Source of the DNA: Phoronis australis
Taxonomy: Eukaryota; Animalia; Phoronida
Direction of reading: 5' to 3'
Length of the DNA: 64,000 nt
NCBI GenBank assembly: GCA_002633005.1
Contig: NMRA01000539.1
Location: forward strand, 212,084-276,083
Of this stretch, positions 51,810-63,344 are shown one piece after another. How positions within the stretch are numbered: the first letter of the stretch is position 1; every line of letters starts with the position of its first letter. The translations under genes and the position numbers were made by a program. The notes below the pieces were generated by a model. That model was not told the origin of the DNA. It ran no database searches and saw nothing but the letters and a program-made list of their open reading frames with translations.

Positions 51810-54540
51810 GTTCGAGCCCCCCAATTGGCGAAGTGGGCTAAAAGGTCCGTCCCCGAGAGACAAAAAGTCCGAGAAAATGGGAAAAACGTCCACTAAATTA
51901 GCGCAAAGTCGCATTTCACAGAGGTGCACCCGTTTTTTTGTTTTTTTAGTCCGCCAGCTTTTTTTAGCGAATAGTCCACAACGTCCTGAATTCGAGCCCC
52001 CCATATCGAAGGTTGGGTGCGCGCATGCTCATGGATGTATGTTTCGACGCAGGACACAATAGGAAGCAGCGGTACACCATCCTTGTGTGTCTTAGGGAGG
52101 CCGTACAGACATGCTGGCTGTGACCCGCATGGTCTTAAAGTCTTGGTCTCAAAATGCCCATGTGGTTCAAGTATCCGAAAATACTTACTAAATAAAATCT
52201 TATTTTCGACACCCTTTCTTTATGTTCTTTTCGCCTTTCTTGCCAAAAGCGATTTTTAACAGTATTTGACCCTTCTCTGTTAGCGTATAATTACCGGCTG
52301 TCGTCGGTTATTTCCGTACCCACATTTCCGGCTCATCAGTTCATGAACTTGTCCTGAACGCCACCATTTTTCCTTAAAACTGAATGTGCTATCGCTTGCT
52401 CGAAAAGTCTTCATTATTTTGTTCTAGTAGTAATATCTCGTGATTCGTTTGCATATGTAGTGTATTTATAGTTTGTAGGTAGTGGTCGTTGAATTATTAT
52501 TATTACTTATTATGATGTTGAAATAGCATTGGTGTTTAGTTCCTTACGTAGGGCGGTCGAACCTAGGAACCAGTATGAGTCGAACCAATTTTTTTCGTTT
52601 TGATTTTTTCTCGTTTTGAAAAAGCACTTTGCTCTCATCGGAAAGGTAGTGCATTCAACTCAGTAAAAATCGAAAAAGTATCAAAATTGGGGCAAGCAGT
52701 GTAAAGCTATTGCAATTTTTGTGGCGAAATTTGGGTCACTTTGTTTGCATCACATCGGCCATATTGGAGGACAGCGGGATAAGTCACGAGTTTAAAACTT
52801 CGTGTAAATCGTTTTCGCCAACATGTCTTTACTTACTATTCTGCACGATTCAACAATGTTCACCAAATTTCAGCCTCGCAGTTGTCACTCATTAAGTGAT
52901 AAATGTGCTCACAATTCCCGTTGGACTTCGTCTCATTTCTGGTGGCACCGACAACATGGCGATTTTTGCTGAACTGGAAGGCATGTTCAACCTGTTACTT
53001 TGTAATTTGTGAAGATTTAACGTTGATACATTTTGACAAACGTTGCTACAAAAAAGGAACTTTGTTCAATTTTCGTGTTTTTGGTGCAAAAATATGATAT
53101 ATTCGAATTATTTTTCTGTGAATGTCGCACTCAGGTGATCTTACATTAAGTTAAAATAGTTGAAATAATTTTGAAATGGTTTTTTGTTTGACTGTGAACT
53201 GCTGTTCAAGATTTGATTAGGTGTCACAAAATGATTCATATTTTTCTAAATTTTAAGTCTCAATTGCCTACAAGTCATGTTTTGAAGCTTATTGCTTCTT
53301 AATTCAGGTATCAAGTCAACAATTTGAATAATCTTAATTTGAGAAATAAGCTACATGTATGTTGGATTGTGAAGCTTCAAGCCTCCAGTTCTTTATTCTT
53401 TGCTACTTCATATTTTTTAATCCTGCTTGTCAAATTCTGGTGTAAGGAAACACTATTCAGTCACCATGGTAATAGTTACATGTATGTCCACTTTCATATC
53501 ATGGAAACTTTTGCTGCTGTTTGTAATGCTAAATGTTGTAAAGCATTGTGCATTTTAAGTTACTTATTATGTTAAAAGGTTGAATCATTTTGGCTTAATG
53601 AATAAAAAAATATAACATTTTGTATTGGACTTGTCATACTTATGTGCTCGAACGAGCCCCCTATTTGGAGAAATGGAAAAAGATCTGCCTCAGTCAGAGA
53701 AGCATGAAGTCCGAAAAAAATAGAAAACGAGACAATATTCCACTAGAAAACAGGAAGTACCAAAATTTAGCGTCTGCAGGTCATAGCTCTGAACATACCC
53801 AGTGAATCTTATAGTAAAAGATACACATTCCCAAAAATTCCAGCCCCCATTTTTAGGCTTGGTGCGCTCATATACAAAGTCCGGGAAAATCTCTGCTGAA
53901 AGCCAACAACTTTGCACAGTTCGCCAGAAAAACCCAAGTTCTGAATAAACCTCGTTTGAGCCGCTGTGGCCAGGGACTAGGTAGGCCTAAGGGTAGCCTT
54001 GACACAAAGCTGTATAAGCCTACTAACAAGCTGTAGTTAGTCTTCATACTGGTAGCTGGCACAGAGGCTAGCTAAGGGCTGCCGCGGCAGTGTGACACAG
54101 GACTAACCAGCCCGTAATTTTGTGCAAGTGTCTGAAACTACCTTTGAATGTATACGGCATTTATGATTTGAACATTTTACTTCGACAAAATAGTTTGCAA
54201 CCGCATGCCTTTACCGTTCGCCAGTGTCTGGTCTCGATAGTCCGCGGTCCCGAGTCCGGCAAAATAATTTCTGTCAAAATTTATTCGCCACATTTCTACA
54301 GCAAATTCGATAAAATTGTCCGTATTTTGATTTTATTAAAATTAAGGCGCGCTGTAGATTGTTTTGTCCCCATTTGGAGGCTGGTAACAGGCACTCATCC
54401 ATTCACACTGATGGCGTTTTCTTAGCCTGGGTTCCAGAATGAATTGTACTTCCGGGTTCGCGGTAAGTTCAAAATGGTGGTGGTTCTTTGGGTGCGAATC
54501 GTGAGTGGCGCGTTCATTTAAACTTTTTTTCGAGTACGGA
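51810..54540. mobile_element. Unclassified ~2.7-kb non-coding insertion splitting the Penelope RT
   Basis: RT remnants stop at ~51810 and resume at ~54540; ATCGT on both sides; CGAGCCCCC motif at ~51813, ~51993 and ~53653. Confidence 0.55.
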
Positions 54541-55574
54541 TCGTGATTAGTTATGGAGTAAGTACTTCTTGGATCCTTATAACATCATCCTCTAATCATG
54601 TAATAAGGGTTAACAAGGAGACCAGGACTTTATGCGATTGTAAGTGTCCTGGTCCAATGCACCTGTCCGTAGGTGTTGTTCGCACTTATCTGTAGGGTCA
54701 TGATCGAGCTTGACGAATTCAGAACTGTCATTAACGATGCCATGCAGCTTAGCGAGGTAGTCAGTCTTATCCATGATCACAGTACCATACTTGCCTTTGT
54801 CAGGACGCGCGATGGTGATGTCTTGCCGACGTTGTGACTGGGAACGCGCAAAGCCTGGTACTCAACCGGTGTGAGAGTTCTGAAGTTGGTTACTGTTATA
54901 ACCATAGATGTAGCGATAACACAGTTCCCGAAGGCGATTTTTAAGCCTCATTTTGTCAGGGATTAGGGTAGAAGCGATCTTATTGTAGTGTCCATGGCAT
55001 TGATGTGACGAGGAGTGCAGGAGTTGTTCAGAAACTGCTCAATGGAAATCCAAGTCAGGAAACCAACATATGAACGTAACTCACGTGACAGATTGCGGAA
55101 CTCCTCAAGCAACTTAGTTTTAATTTTCCTCTTGTTACTCAACTCAACTGGAAAGTAACTTTTCTTGAAGCCTCTGTGACAAACTTCTTGCATTAGCTGG
55201 CTTCAACATGCAGAAAGTGGGGATCAGTTGCAGTCGTTGGCATCTGATGATGAAATCGATGTCACAATCCAGTCGTTTTGTCCGCAGAAGAGACTTCTCA
55301 ACTTTGCGAAACAGCTTCAATGTTCAGTTTGAGGGCCATAATGCAGGCGGATATTGTTAATTAAATCAGTTTTTGGCCACAGTGGTATTAAAAACTAGAC
55401 GAGCGCCGCACAAATAATAAGGGTCATCTGTTCAATCAACGTACGTTTCGTCAATTCATTAGACATTATCAGGATCATGTTTACAAAGGACAGCAAGTGC
55501 CAACACACAGCTCAGGTAACACCCATAAAGTGAAGTGAGAGATACAGGGAAAATAGTCTGTAGGTAGTCATCCG

Positions 55575-56090
55575 TTATAGTTGCAGGGTCACCGAGCTCT
55601 TTTTGTTATTCAGAGAATCAGTAGCATGCTGGTTCTGAATGGCCAATGACTTTTTAATGGAGAGTAATTCCTTATTAGGTTCTCTGCAGATAATACTAAC
55701 TGAATTGGCATAGTGATTGTTGCTAACACAATGCCTATATATGTTGCTTTTCTCTGAGGTGTGATGTTCTTTCACCCTGTCACAGAGGCGTCCCTGTGTG
55801 AGTCCGATATAGAATTCCTTACAGTTGTCACATTCAACCTTATAAACAACATTACTCTTGTTCAATGAAGGAATGGGTGACTTAAGTTTACACAGAATAT
55901 TGGAAAGTTTCCGAAGAGGTTTGAAAACAACTATCAGTTCAACGGCTGGGTCTATGCAATGAATGAGGCGAGATAATTGACGTTTCAATTTTATACTACT
56001 CGTCCAGGTGTAACCAAGAGAAAAGAAAACTTTCTTTTTCTTGGGTCCACGACATATTGCTGCTGACGAAAACGAAATATTTGCTGTCAC
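55575..56090 (-). CDS. GIY-YIG endonuclease ORF of the upstream Penelope pseudo-LTR copy (open, 5'-truncated)
   Basis: NVVYKVECDNCKEFYIGLTQGRLCDRVKEH...IYRHC...SLN shows the PLE GIY-YIG motif with its CCHH residues. Confidence 0.75.
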   Translation of the reverse strand: MTANISFSSAAICRGPKKKKVFFSLGYTWTSSIKLKRQLSRLIHCIDPAVELIVVFKPLRKLSNILCKLKSPIPSLNKSNVVYKVECDNCKEFYIGLTQGRLCDRVKEHHTSEKSNIYRHCVSNNHYANSVSIICREPNKELLSIKKSLAIQNQHATDSLNNKKSSVTLQL

Positions 56091-56520
56091 GCCACTTGCA
56101 TGACAAGGCTAAAATCGTTCAGAGTCCGCCATTTTCGTTTTTATTTTGTAAAGTTAACCAATGACTGCCGAGGTTACATCAACCAGTGATAAAACGCGGG
56201 CTACAGCGTGATAACTGAGTGTCCCCTACTGCCTAGCGGACACGCAGGGAACCAGCTGAAATCTTAGTTCCGCCCTGGTAGTCAGCAGTTAAAATCATTA
56301 TGCCTCGTAGATTTTTATCAGTAATCACATACAATTGTCATTATTTCACCAAAGTAGAGTCTCTGTTTTTTATGTGTGTTTGCGGATAACCTTGTTAATA
56401 CCGCTTATTTCATTGTAAAATATAACTTACTGGAGTCAGACAATGCATTTCCAGGAGAACAATAATCTTGCATTTGAAACACATTCATTCGTTTACGAAT
56501 TCACATTTCATGCCTTCGGT

Positions 56521-56655
56521 GTCGTAACGACATGGGAGCCATGATCGCTGCCATTGTTTTGGGTACTGTCCTGGTAGTACTTGTAATCACATGCGTCCTT
56601 TTTGTAATGGTACGCCTGTACTACAAACGCCGAACTGATGGGAAATTTCTGTTAG
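56521..56655 (+). pseudogene. Pseudo-exon copy of the Ig receptor transmembrane exon
   Basis: Encodes MGAMIAAIVLGTVLVVLVITCVLFVMVRLYYKRR. The acceptor and first ~57 nt of the exon are deleted, and the cytoplasmic exon is deleted right after its acceptor. Confidence 0.85.
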
Positions 56656-57949
56656 GTTATTCAAACAGTAAATACTTTGTACATATTAATTTAGTTGTCG
56701 CCAGTTTATGTTGTTATCGAGACTTAAACGTTGTTGTTTTCATTTTCTATGCCGCATATGTTGATCTTTTGTAGCACTGTCATTGCCCAAGAACCCGAGA
56801 AACTTCGACGTTTAGATCCATTGAGAATTAAAAAGGGTGCGTCAACATAAGAAATTTCAACCTTTTAAAGCAATTTCTGCCACCAACACAGACACAGATT
56901 TCATTGTAGTTATTATAGTACTGATGTAGACAACAAGAGGCGTTATTTGTACGACTATTTTTCTAGATTCATTTCAAACGACCAGTCGTTTACAAGTTTT
57001 TAGCTCGAAAAGTTCAGTGGCCGGAAACACTTGTCTACTCACCATCATTCTATATATAAAACCCCTCGACCCACGACCCCTCGACCCAGTCTATAAAAAC
57101 TCGACTCTGTCTGAACATGGGACAAGCGCTGACTTGCAGGACCGATGAGTTGGGCCGTGAGCACGGCAGGCTTTACCCTGGTTTTTGCAATTAAAGAGAG
57201 TCGATTCGACATAATTATTTGAAAGCCAAAAACAGGAAAAAAACGCGACCAAATCAAATGAAAGACCTACCAACGTACTCTCTCCCTAAGTCTAGAAGAA
57301 CTGGGCCATTCGTTGTCGCGCGTGGAACTATTTCCGTGACAACCATAGCGCGCTCACAATGCGCTATTTCAGGTCACGTTCTCACGCCACTTACTGTTTT
57401 TAATCACCAGACTTGAGCCAGAGCAGACTCTCGTGCAGGTATGTCTTATGGAAAAGTCACTGAGCTACGTAATAAGATTATGAAATATGTAAAAAGCGCA
57501 AAAATACTTCTATTGCCACAGGTCGTGGATGGAGGGGGACGTTGGTGGAGGGGGTTGTGGATCGAGGGGTCGTGGGTCCAAGGGTTCGAGAGGTGTGGGG
57601 TATGAGGGGGTTTTAGAACAATCCCTTAAAGGCGAAGGCAACCTTATTCATGTCATTTTTAGCAAAAATAAAGTTTGTTGATTATCTCAGACATATTTTT
57701 CACTTATTTACTGCTTTTCGTAATTTAATTGATTACTCGTCGTCTTCTCCGGAAGTGACGTTTTGGGAGGCAAGAATTTCACGCCAATTTCTTTTCATAT
57801 AGTCTGACTGTGAGAGCAGTCGAGTCAGTCATTGTTCTACCTCGGTTGTGATAAGTTCGGTCGTAGTTTGCTTTTGCTTACGAGTCAGTCAACATGCCAC
57901 GCTGTTGCTGCGTAATGGGGGTGTTCGTTCTCATTATCGTCTCACGTAG

Positions 57950-58255
57950 AGGAAGAACTGTCCCAATTGCCAGAGTGTCCCGCGACACACTCCCAATGAA
58001 GGGTGATCTGAGCACCCAAACTGCTTACATCCCGCCGTGTGACTCCCTCGCCACACGCCTGGCACCTTCCAAATAGCTCCAATACAAGTCCACAATAAAC
58101 TTAACAAACTTAGGCTCACCGATCTGTTCACTGGATGACGAACTGGGCCTGTATTCACTCCCACTACTCAACATCGCTGCAGGGCTGCTTACAGGCTCTG
58201 GGCTAGAGACAACAGCACAGGGCGAATCACTGCTAGTTTCCGCAATTGCACGCAA
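57950..58255 (-). pseudogene. Frameshifted downstream transposase segment with C2CH-like zinc motif
   Basis: EPKFVKFIV, then in a shifted frame LELFGRCQACG...GAQITLHWECVAGHSGNWDSS. From memory this resembles the pre-DDE region of Kolobok transposases. Truncated at the left inverted end. Confidence 0.6.
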
Positions 58256-61200
58256 TGAGGTACGTTCGGAGGCACGGGTGACAGTAGTCTCCTACACAGA
58301 CCCACGAGATTGGTTGGGGTCTGCTACAGGGCACTTTTCCATCCGCATTCTTGGAATATCATTGGCTGTTCCGATTTCAAGAAACAAGGCATTCTATTGG
58401 TCAGTCGTATAATAGGTCAAACTAATTCACCAACATGTCGACTTCCAGTAAAAGAATGTCGATGGATTTACAGCCGTTTAAATCTCTCTGTTTTCATCAA
58501 ACTCCCGCATTTCAAAAGAGTCAAGGAATACATCACCAGTAACGTATACGAAACATTTTATGATAATTATCTTGCATACTATGCTGGATTTTGAAGTGAT
58601 GTGACTTTTTACGAAATAATTTGTGGAAGAAATTAGGCCACCCACAACAACAGTCATTTTAGGCGTACTATACAGTAGCACCGAATAGTGGGAAAGGAGT
58701 AGGTGAGTGCGTCGCGGCCATGGGAGATTGTCTCGATCTTTTCAGAGCACACCCTCTCGTATCTTGACGTGTTCATGTACGTTATATAAGCTCCCGTGTT
58801 TACCGTGAAGGTTGAACTAGTGGGTCAGATAAGGATATATGCTGAAATTCTGCTATTATTGTCATTGCATAGTAGACTGGCACACTTGTCACTACTAACA
58901 GAAGTTAGGAGCATAAAAATGCAGTCAATGGTCCTAAACACACAAACATTAAGTAGTCTAGCAATAGTTTTATAATGACTGACATCGCTTTTGGCGGTGC
59001 CATTCAGCAATGACTGCCATCGACACCATCGTACAGTCGTGCGGAGTGTTCAATTATTTCGGAGGATGTTTGTTGTTATGAAATTAGGGTTATACCCACT
59101 TTTTAGTATAATCAGCAAGATAAAGCCTCACCCTATTGTGAGTTGGCACAGTCATTAAAACTGACCCATTTTGGTTAGAGCCTCAATGGAATAGTCAATT
59201 TTTATGATAACATAATTATGCAAAGTTATTATTTACAGGGAATTGAATTTCAGCAAAAAGCTGGACTGTATTCTTTTTAACACAAGAAGCCTCAGTTGTA
59301 TGTGAAACATTCAGTGGTTATGGTGTAAAAATGGATCATTTTATACAGTTCAAACCTAAAAGTAAACATTTTTGTGTGGAATTTATTTGGAAATTCGCCA
59401 TTTCATGGTGACTTTTGCAGTGCCTGACTCACTGGTCAGAGGGGCACATTTGGTCATATGCAATCAAGTGTTGCAGTTTGCAACGATCTATTAATTTCAG
59501 TCTAATTGCAAAACCAGAACCATTCTAAAACAGTCAGAAACTACTATGGTCATCTTGGAGTTAGACTTTCTAAGCAATCGAACTTTAAAAACCTGGTTCG
59601 TTGAAATGACTAGTTGCAAAAACATCTCACATTTCAAAATTGGGCGGTCAGGGTACTTCAAAGATTTTAAGTTGGGTCACTTAATCCAAATCGACAGTTT
59701 CTTGTGTGTTAGGTGGATTTGATTGTTATCCAGGCAATAGCCACTCACTGGCAAACTGCATTTTGAGAACATGTTTTAATGCCTGCTATTCAGTGAAAAG
59801 CTAGTTCGTGTTATGCAGTAGAAAACATTGGTTCTCAAAGTGGGGGTCCCCTGTATGTGACTATTACCATTATGCTTTGCTCAGGGTTTTGAGCACCATG
59901 CTGGTGTTTCATTCTTGTGGTTATGATCTACATAATTCGACAGCAGTGATTTTAGTCAACATTTCGGTCTTTTCGAAAAGTTTATCAAAACTACAAATTT
60001 GACTCTTATTGAGGGGGCCTCCTCGTGGCGAGAGTTGGGCAGTGTGAAACCCTTGAGAACATTCGCACTGGCAAACACCCTCACGTTGACTCAAAATTAA
60101 AAACCGTGACATCATTAATGTGTTCCTAGAAATATTACACTCATAAGCTACAAAACACACAACATGCTAAGAAATTTGTCTAACATTAGGAACTATATTT
60201 TTCTGATGTACTGATTAGAAATATGGTCTAGCTTAAGGATAGACTGAAATACTAAGTCTGGGCATTAACACAGCCATATGGCGCACAACAAGGCTACACC
60301 CTCTTCATTGTTGACCCTTCCCCTGATAGAAACTCATTTCAGTTTGAGCTTGCCTAGCTCCTCTGTCCCTGTCCCCTGTTCATGCAGTGCCTCCAGGTTG
60401 CCTGTCATTACAGTCACAATCATTGGTCGCCAACAATTTCAAGTTTGGCAACCTCTGTTGTGTAATTCTGAGTACACCAGTGGTGCTGGGGGAATAGGCT
60501 ATTGAAGACTCGACTTCCACTCTAGTTGCACATTCACTGCCTTGTGAAAGCATAGACCATAATGAAAGTAACACCTGGGCCCTGGGTTTCAACTTTCTAA
60601 TCAACATTTTTCGTTATTTTCTATTCTACTTTTGTTTGAACTCGAGATAAGTTTCTTTGATTCTATATTTGAATGCTTATTGATGGCAATTAATGATCCC
60701 AGCATTAGAGCTAAAAGTTCGAGTCTGAGTTCGAGGTTTTACTAGAAATCTTAAGTTTTTACTCAAATTTTAGTTCCAATCTAGTGGTCATTAAGTACTA
60801 TCTTGATCTCGCAAGAAAGCGGACTGGAAGTGACAAAAACAATTTCGAGTTCGATTTGGATTGAAAGTTTCACTCTAGAGGTGTATTGCCAAACATGATC
60901 ACATAATCACTTTTCAGGGTTTTAAATCGATCCATACAAGACTGGGCTAGAATCTGTTTAGCCCCAAAAGCATTTAAATACATGGTGGAGAATAAAAAAA
61001 AACATCTGTACTAAACTGTAGTGAAAAAAATAACCCTTTTTAAGTTCCTTATACACAAAGTGTACCATTTTCAAGCTGTTATTAATCCAACCTCTTTTTA
61101 GAACCATCATGTAACAATATAAGATTGGTCATGTAGTAACAATGTTGTTTTTGGCCAAAATAGTAAATAGTAAATCTAATCACAATTGCTCGCATGAAGA

Positions 61201-62692
61201 TTGGCATGTCCAGTAGTTGGATTTGGATACTAGTGGCCGGTGTCAATCTTCACGTGAGTGCTCGTGGTTACTCTTGATCTCATACTGTTCCTTACTGAGA
61301 TTACACGTGGCATATTGGCTTCCGTTGAACTGATAGTTAAGCAATAAAAGACCTGGTGCAATAACCATGGCTTTGAGCACTAACAAATTTGAGTTCTTCC
61401 AAGTCCACTAAGGAACAAGTTGAGACAGGGATATATACAGGGCTTGGAATTTTCCTCTTTTAAGAGGATTTCCTATTTTTTGTTTTGATTTCCAGCTTCT
61501 TTTTTATCATTATTTTGACTTGATTCATGCAAAAACATTTGTTTCAGTTAAATTTTACAGCACAAAAAATATTTCTCACTGTCTAAATGGGTAGAGATTC
61601 TTCTAGTACCAGATTATGCATAAAACTAAAGCTTAGGGTCCATTTGGGACACCTCTCGGGTATTTTCGTTGCTACAAATTTACCCCCGGAACATCTAGAG
61701 CATGTCAGCTATTTTCTTATTTACAAATTTTTCTTCGAAACACTTCAGGTATTAGTGAAATTTGAGGTTACGAAAACACCTGAGGTGTTCTGGATGCCCT
61801 TGGAAGTAATTGTTTTCAGTGCATGCTCGAACTTTTGGTAATTATGGCCAACCATTCTCCACTAAGTTTGAAAGTCACGCAGGATAAATTCACCTTAGGA
61901 GAAATTTAATGCTCCGAATATACCCAAGATGATTTGAATGGCTTAGGACCCTCAAGTTGTGCGGGGTCCCACCTCAAAGAGGGAAATGGGAAGAAAAAAA
62001 TATGGCAACGTGGGGAGGGCTGTAGCTCGAGAATTGTGGCTACCTGAAGGGTTGAAAATTGTGGTGTTCTAAGGAGTGAATACTGTGTCAACTGTAACAC
62101 TGTACAGTGACGGATTTAGNNNNNNNNNNNNNNNNNNNNNNNNNNNNNNNNNNNNNNNNNNNNNNNNNNNNNNNNNNNNAGATTCCATTTGGCAGTTTGG
62201 GGGTGTGAATATCTGACGGTCAAAATACTCTGCCCATGCCCCTGCCCCCTCCCCCCAGCTCAAAGTCCTGGATCCGCCACTGCAAGAGACATTTTCAATT
62301 CCTATAAAACGTAAATAATGACACTGAAAAAGCCCAGTGAAAAGAGTGAAGCCATTGTTAATTCAGGTTTATTTTCATAATAAGGAATCGATAATGACGT
62401 GAATTTCTGCACAGTTTGTTGATAATATAACAATATAAACAGCTACCTCACCAGAGTTCCGACCGCAAACGCAACTCGCAAAATAAATTTTACTTTCGCG
62501 ACACCTAGCGACCTGGTAACGTATTACCGGATGTAAGCATGCGCAGGGCCAACTTCTTGGTTAAAAATTGCCAGCTGACAGCCAATGAAATCCATCGTTC
62601 TAGTGCCCTGTATCTGGGCCTTCACAAGCTATCCGTGACGTCACCTTGTGAGGCCCGGGAACCAGGTTAGGGTGACAGTAGGTGAAGCGCCT

Positions 62693-63066
62693 CTAGTCAC
62701 TGTATACAGTGGCCACAGCTCGCGAGGCGTCTCGCTTCAAAAACGCACTTCTCGGGGTTGGCGACGGGGCACTGCCGGGAATCAACAGCGACGGTATAGT
62801 ACCCTTCTTCAGGCGTTGTTTCGCAGGGACCTTCATCAATTCAGCGTACATACCTGTCATAATCTGACGGCAGAAAATGCTTGACACACACTTGGTAACC
62901 CTCCACTGCTTTGTACGTTGCGTGTACGGGTAGCGCAGCGTTCTTGACATGAACGAGCTAGAAAAGTACGGCGAAGTGTGTCATCCTTCGGAAAGCGACG
63001 CAAGGTACCCAAAGCGCGTGTGAGACGATAATGAGTACATCCTGGCACGCAGCTACAGCGTGGCAT
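62693..63066 (-). pseudogene. Frameshifted THAP zinc-finger N-terminus of the transposase
   Basis: MPRCSCVPGCTHY...RFPKDDTLRRTF...VC.KHF (frameshifted)...RLKKGTIPSL...SAFLKRD. Confidence 0.85.
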
Positions 63067-63344
63067 GTTGACTGACTTGTAAACAAAAGCAAACGGCGAC
63101 CGAACTTATCACAACCGAGGTAGAACAATGACCGACTCCACAGCTCTCACAGTCAGACTATAATGAAAAGAAATTGGCGCAAAACTCCCAAACCGTCACT
63201 TCCGGAGTAGAGGTCGAGAAATTAATCAAATAACAAAAAGCTGTAATTAAGTGAAAAATGTGTCTGGGATAATCAAAGAACCTTATTTTTGCTAAAAGTG
63301 ACATGAAAAAAGGTTGCTTTCGCCTTTAAGTAGGGCACCTGTGA

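Larger units (their letters stand above)
49850..56050 (-). mobile_element. Penelope-like retroelement (Penelope/Poseidon type), partial-tandem pseudo-LTR structure, decayed
   Basis: Minus-strand remnants in order: DFIIRCQRLQLIPTF (~55250), IARPDKGK..TVIMDKTDY (~54800), SLDVCSLLTNVP (~51720), GVAMGLPLGPVLANIFM (~51560), YRRYVDDTFV (~51460), FLDILV..SVYRKP (~51300), then GIY-YIG remnant (~50800). An upstream copy of the 3' end lies at 55400-56050. Confidence 0.9.
49453..56256. mobile_element. Inverted-repeat and hairpin-ended element at the duplication junction, carrying nested insertions
   Basis: GCTGGTCCCCTGCGTGTCTGCTA (49453) vs TAGCGGACACGCAGGGAACCAGC (56256); no TSD. Confidence 0.7.
57630..63325 (-). 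mobile_element. 5.7-kb Kolobok-like DNA transposon derivative with TTAA TSD and ~310-bp inverted ends
   Basis: TTAA (57626-57629)|AGGCGAAGGCAACC ... GGTTGCTTTCGCCT|TTAA (63326-63329); empty paralogous site at 38739-38742. Confidence 0.9.
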
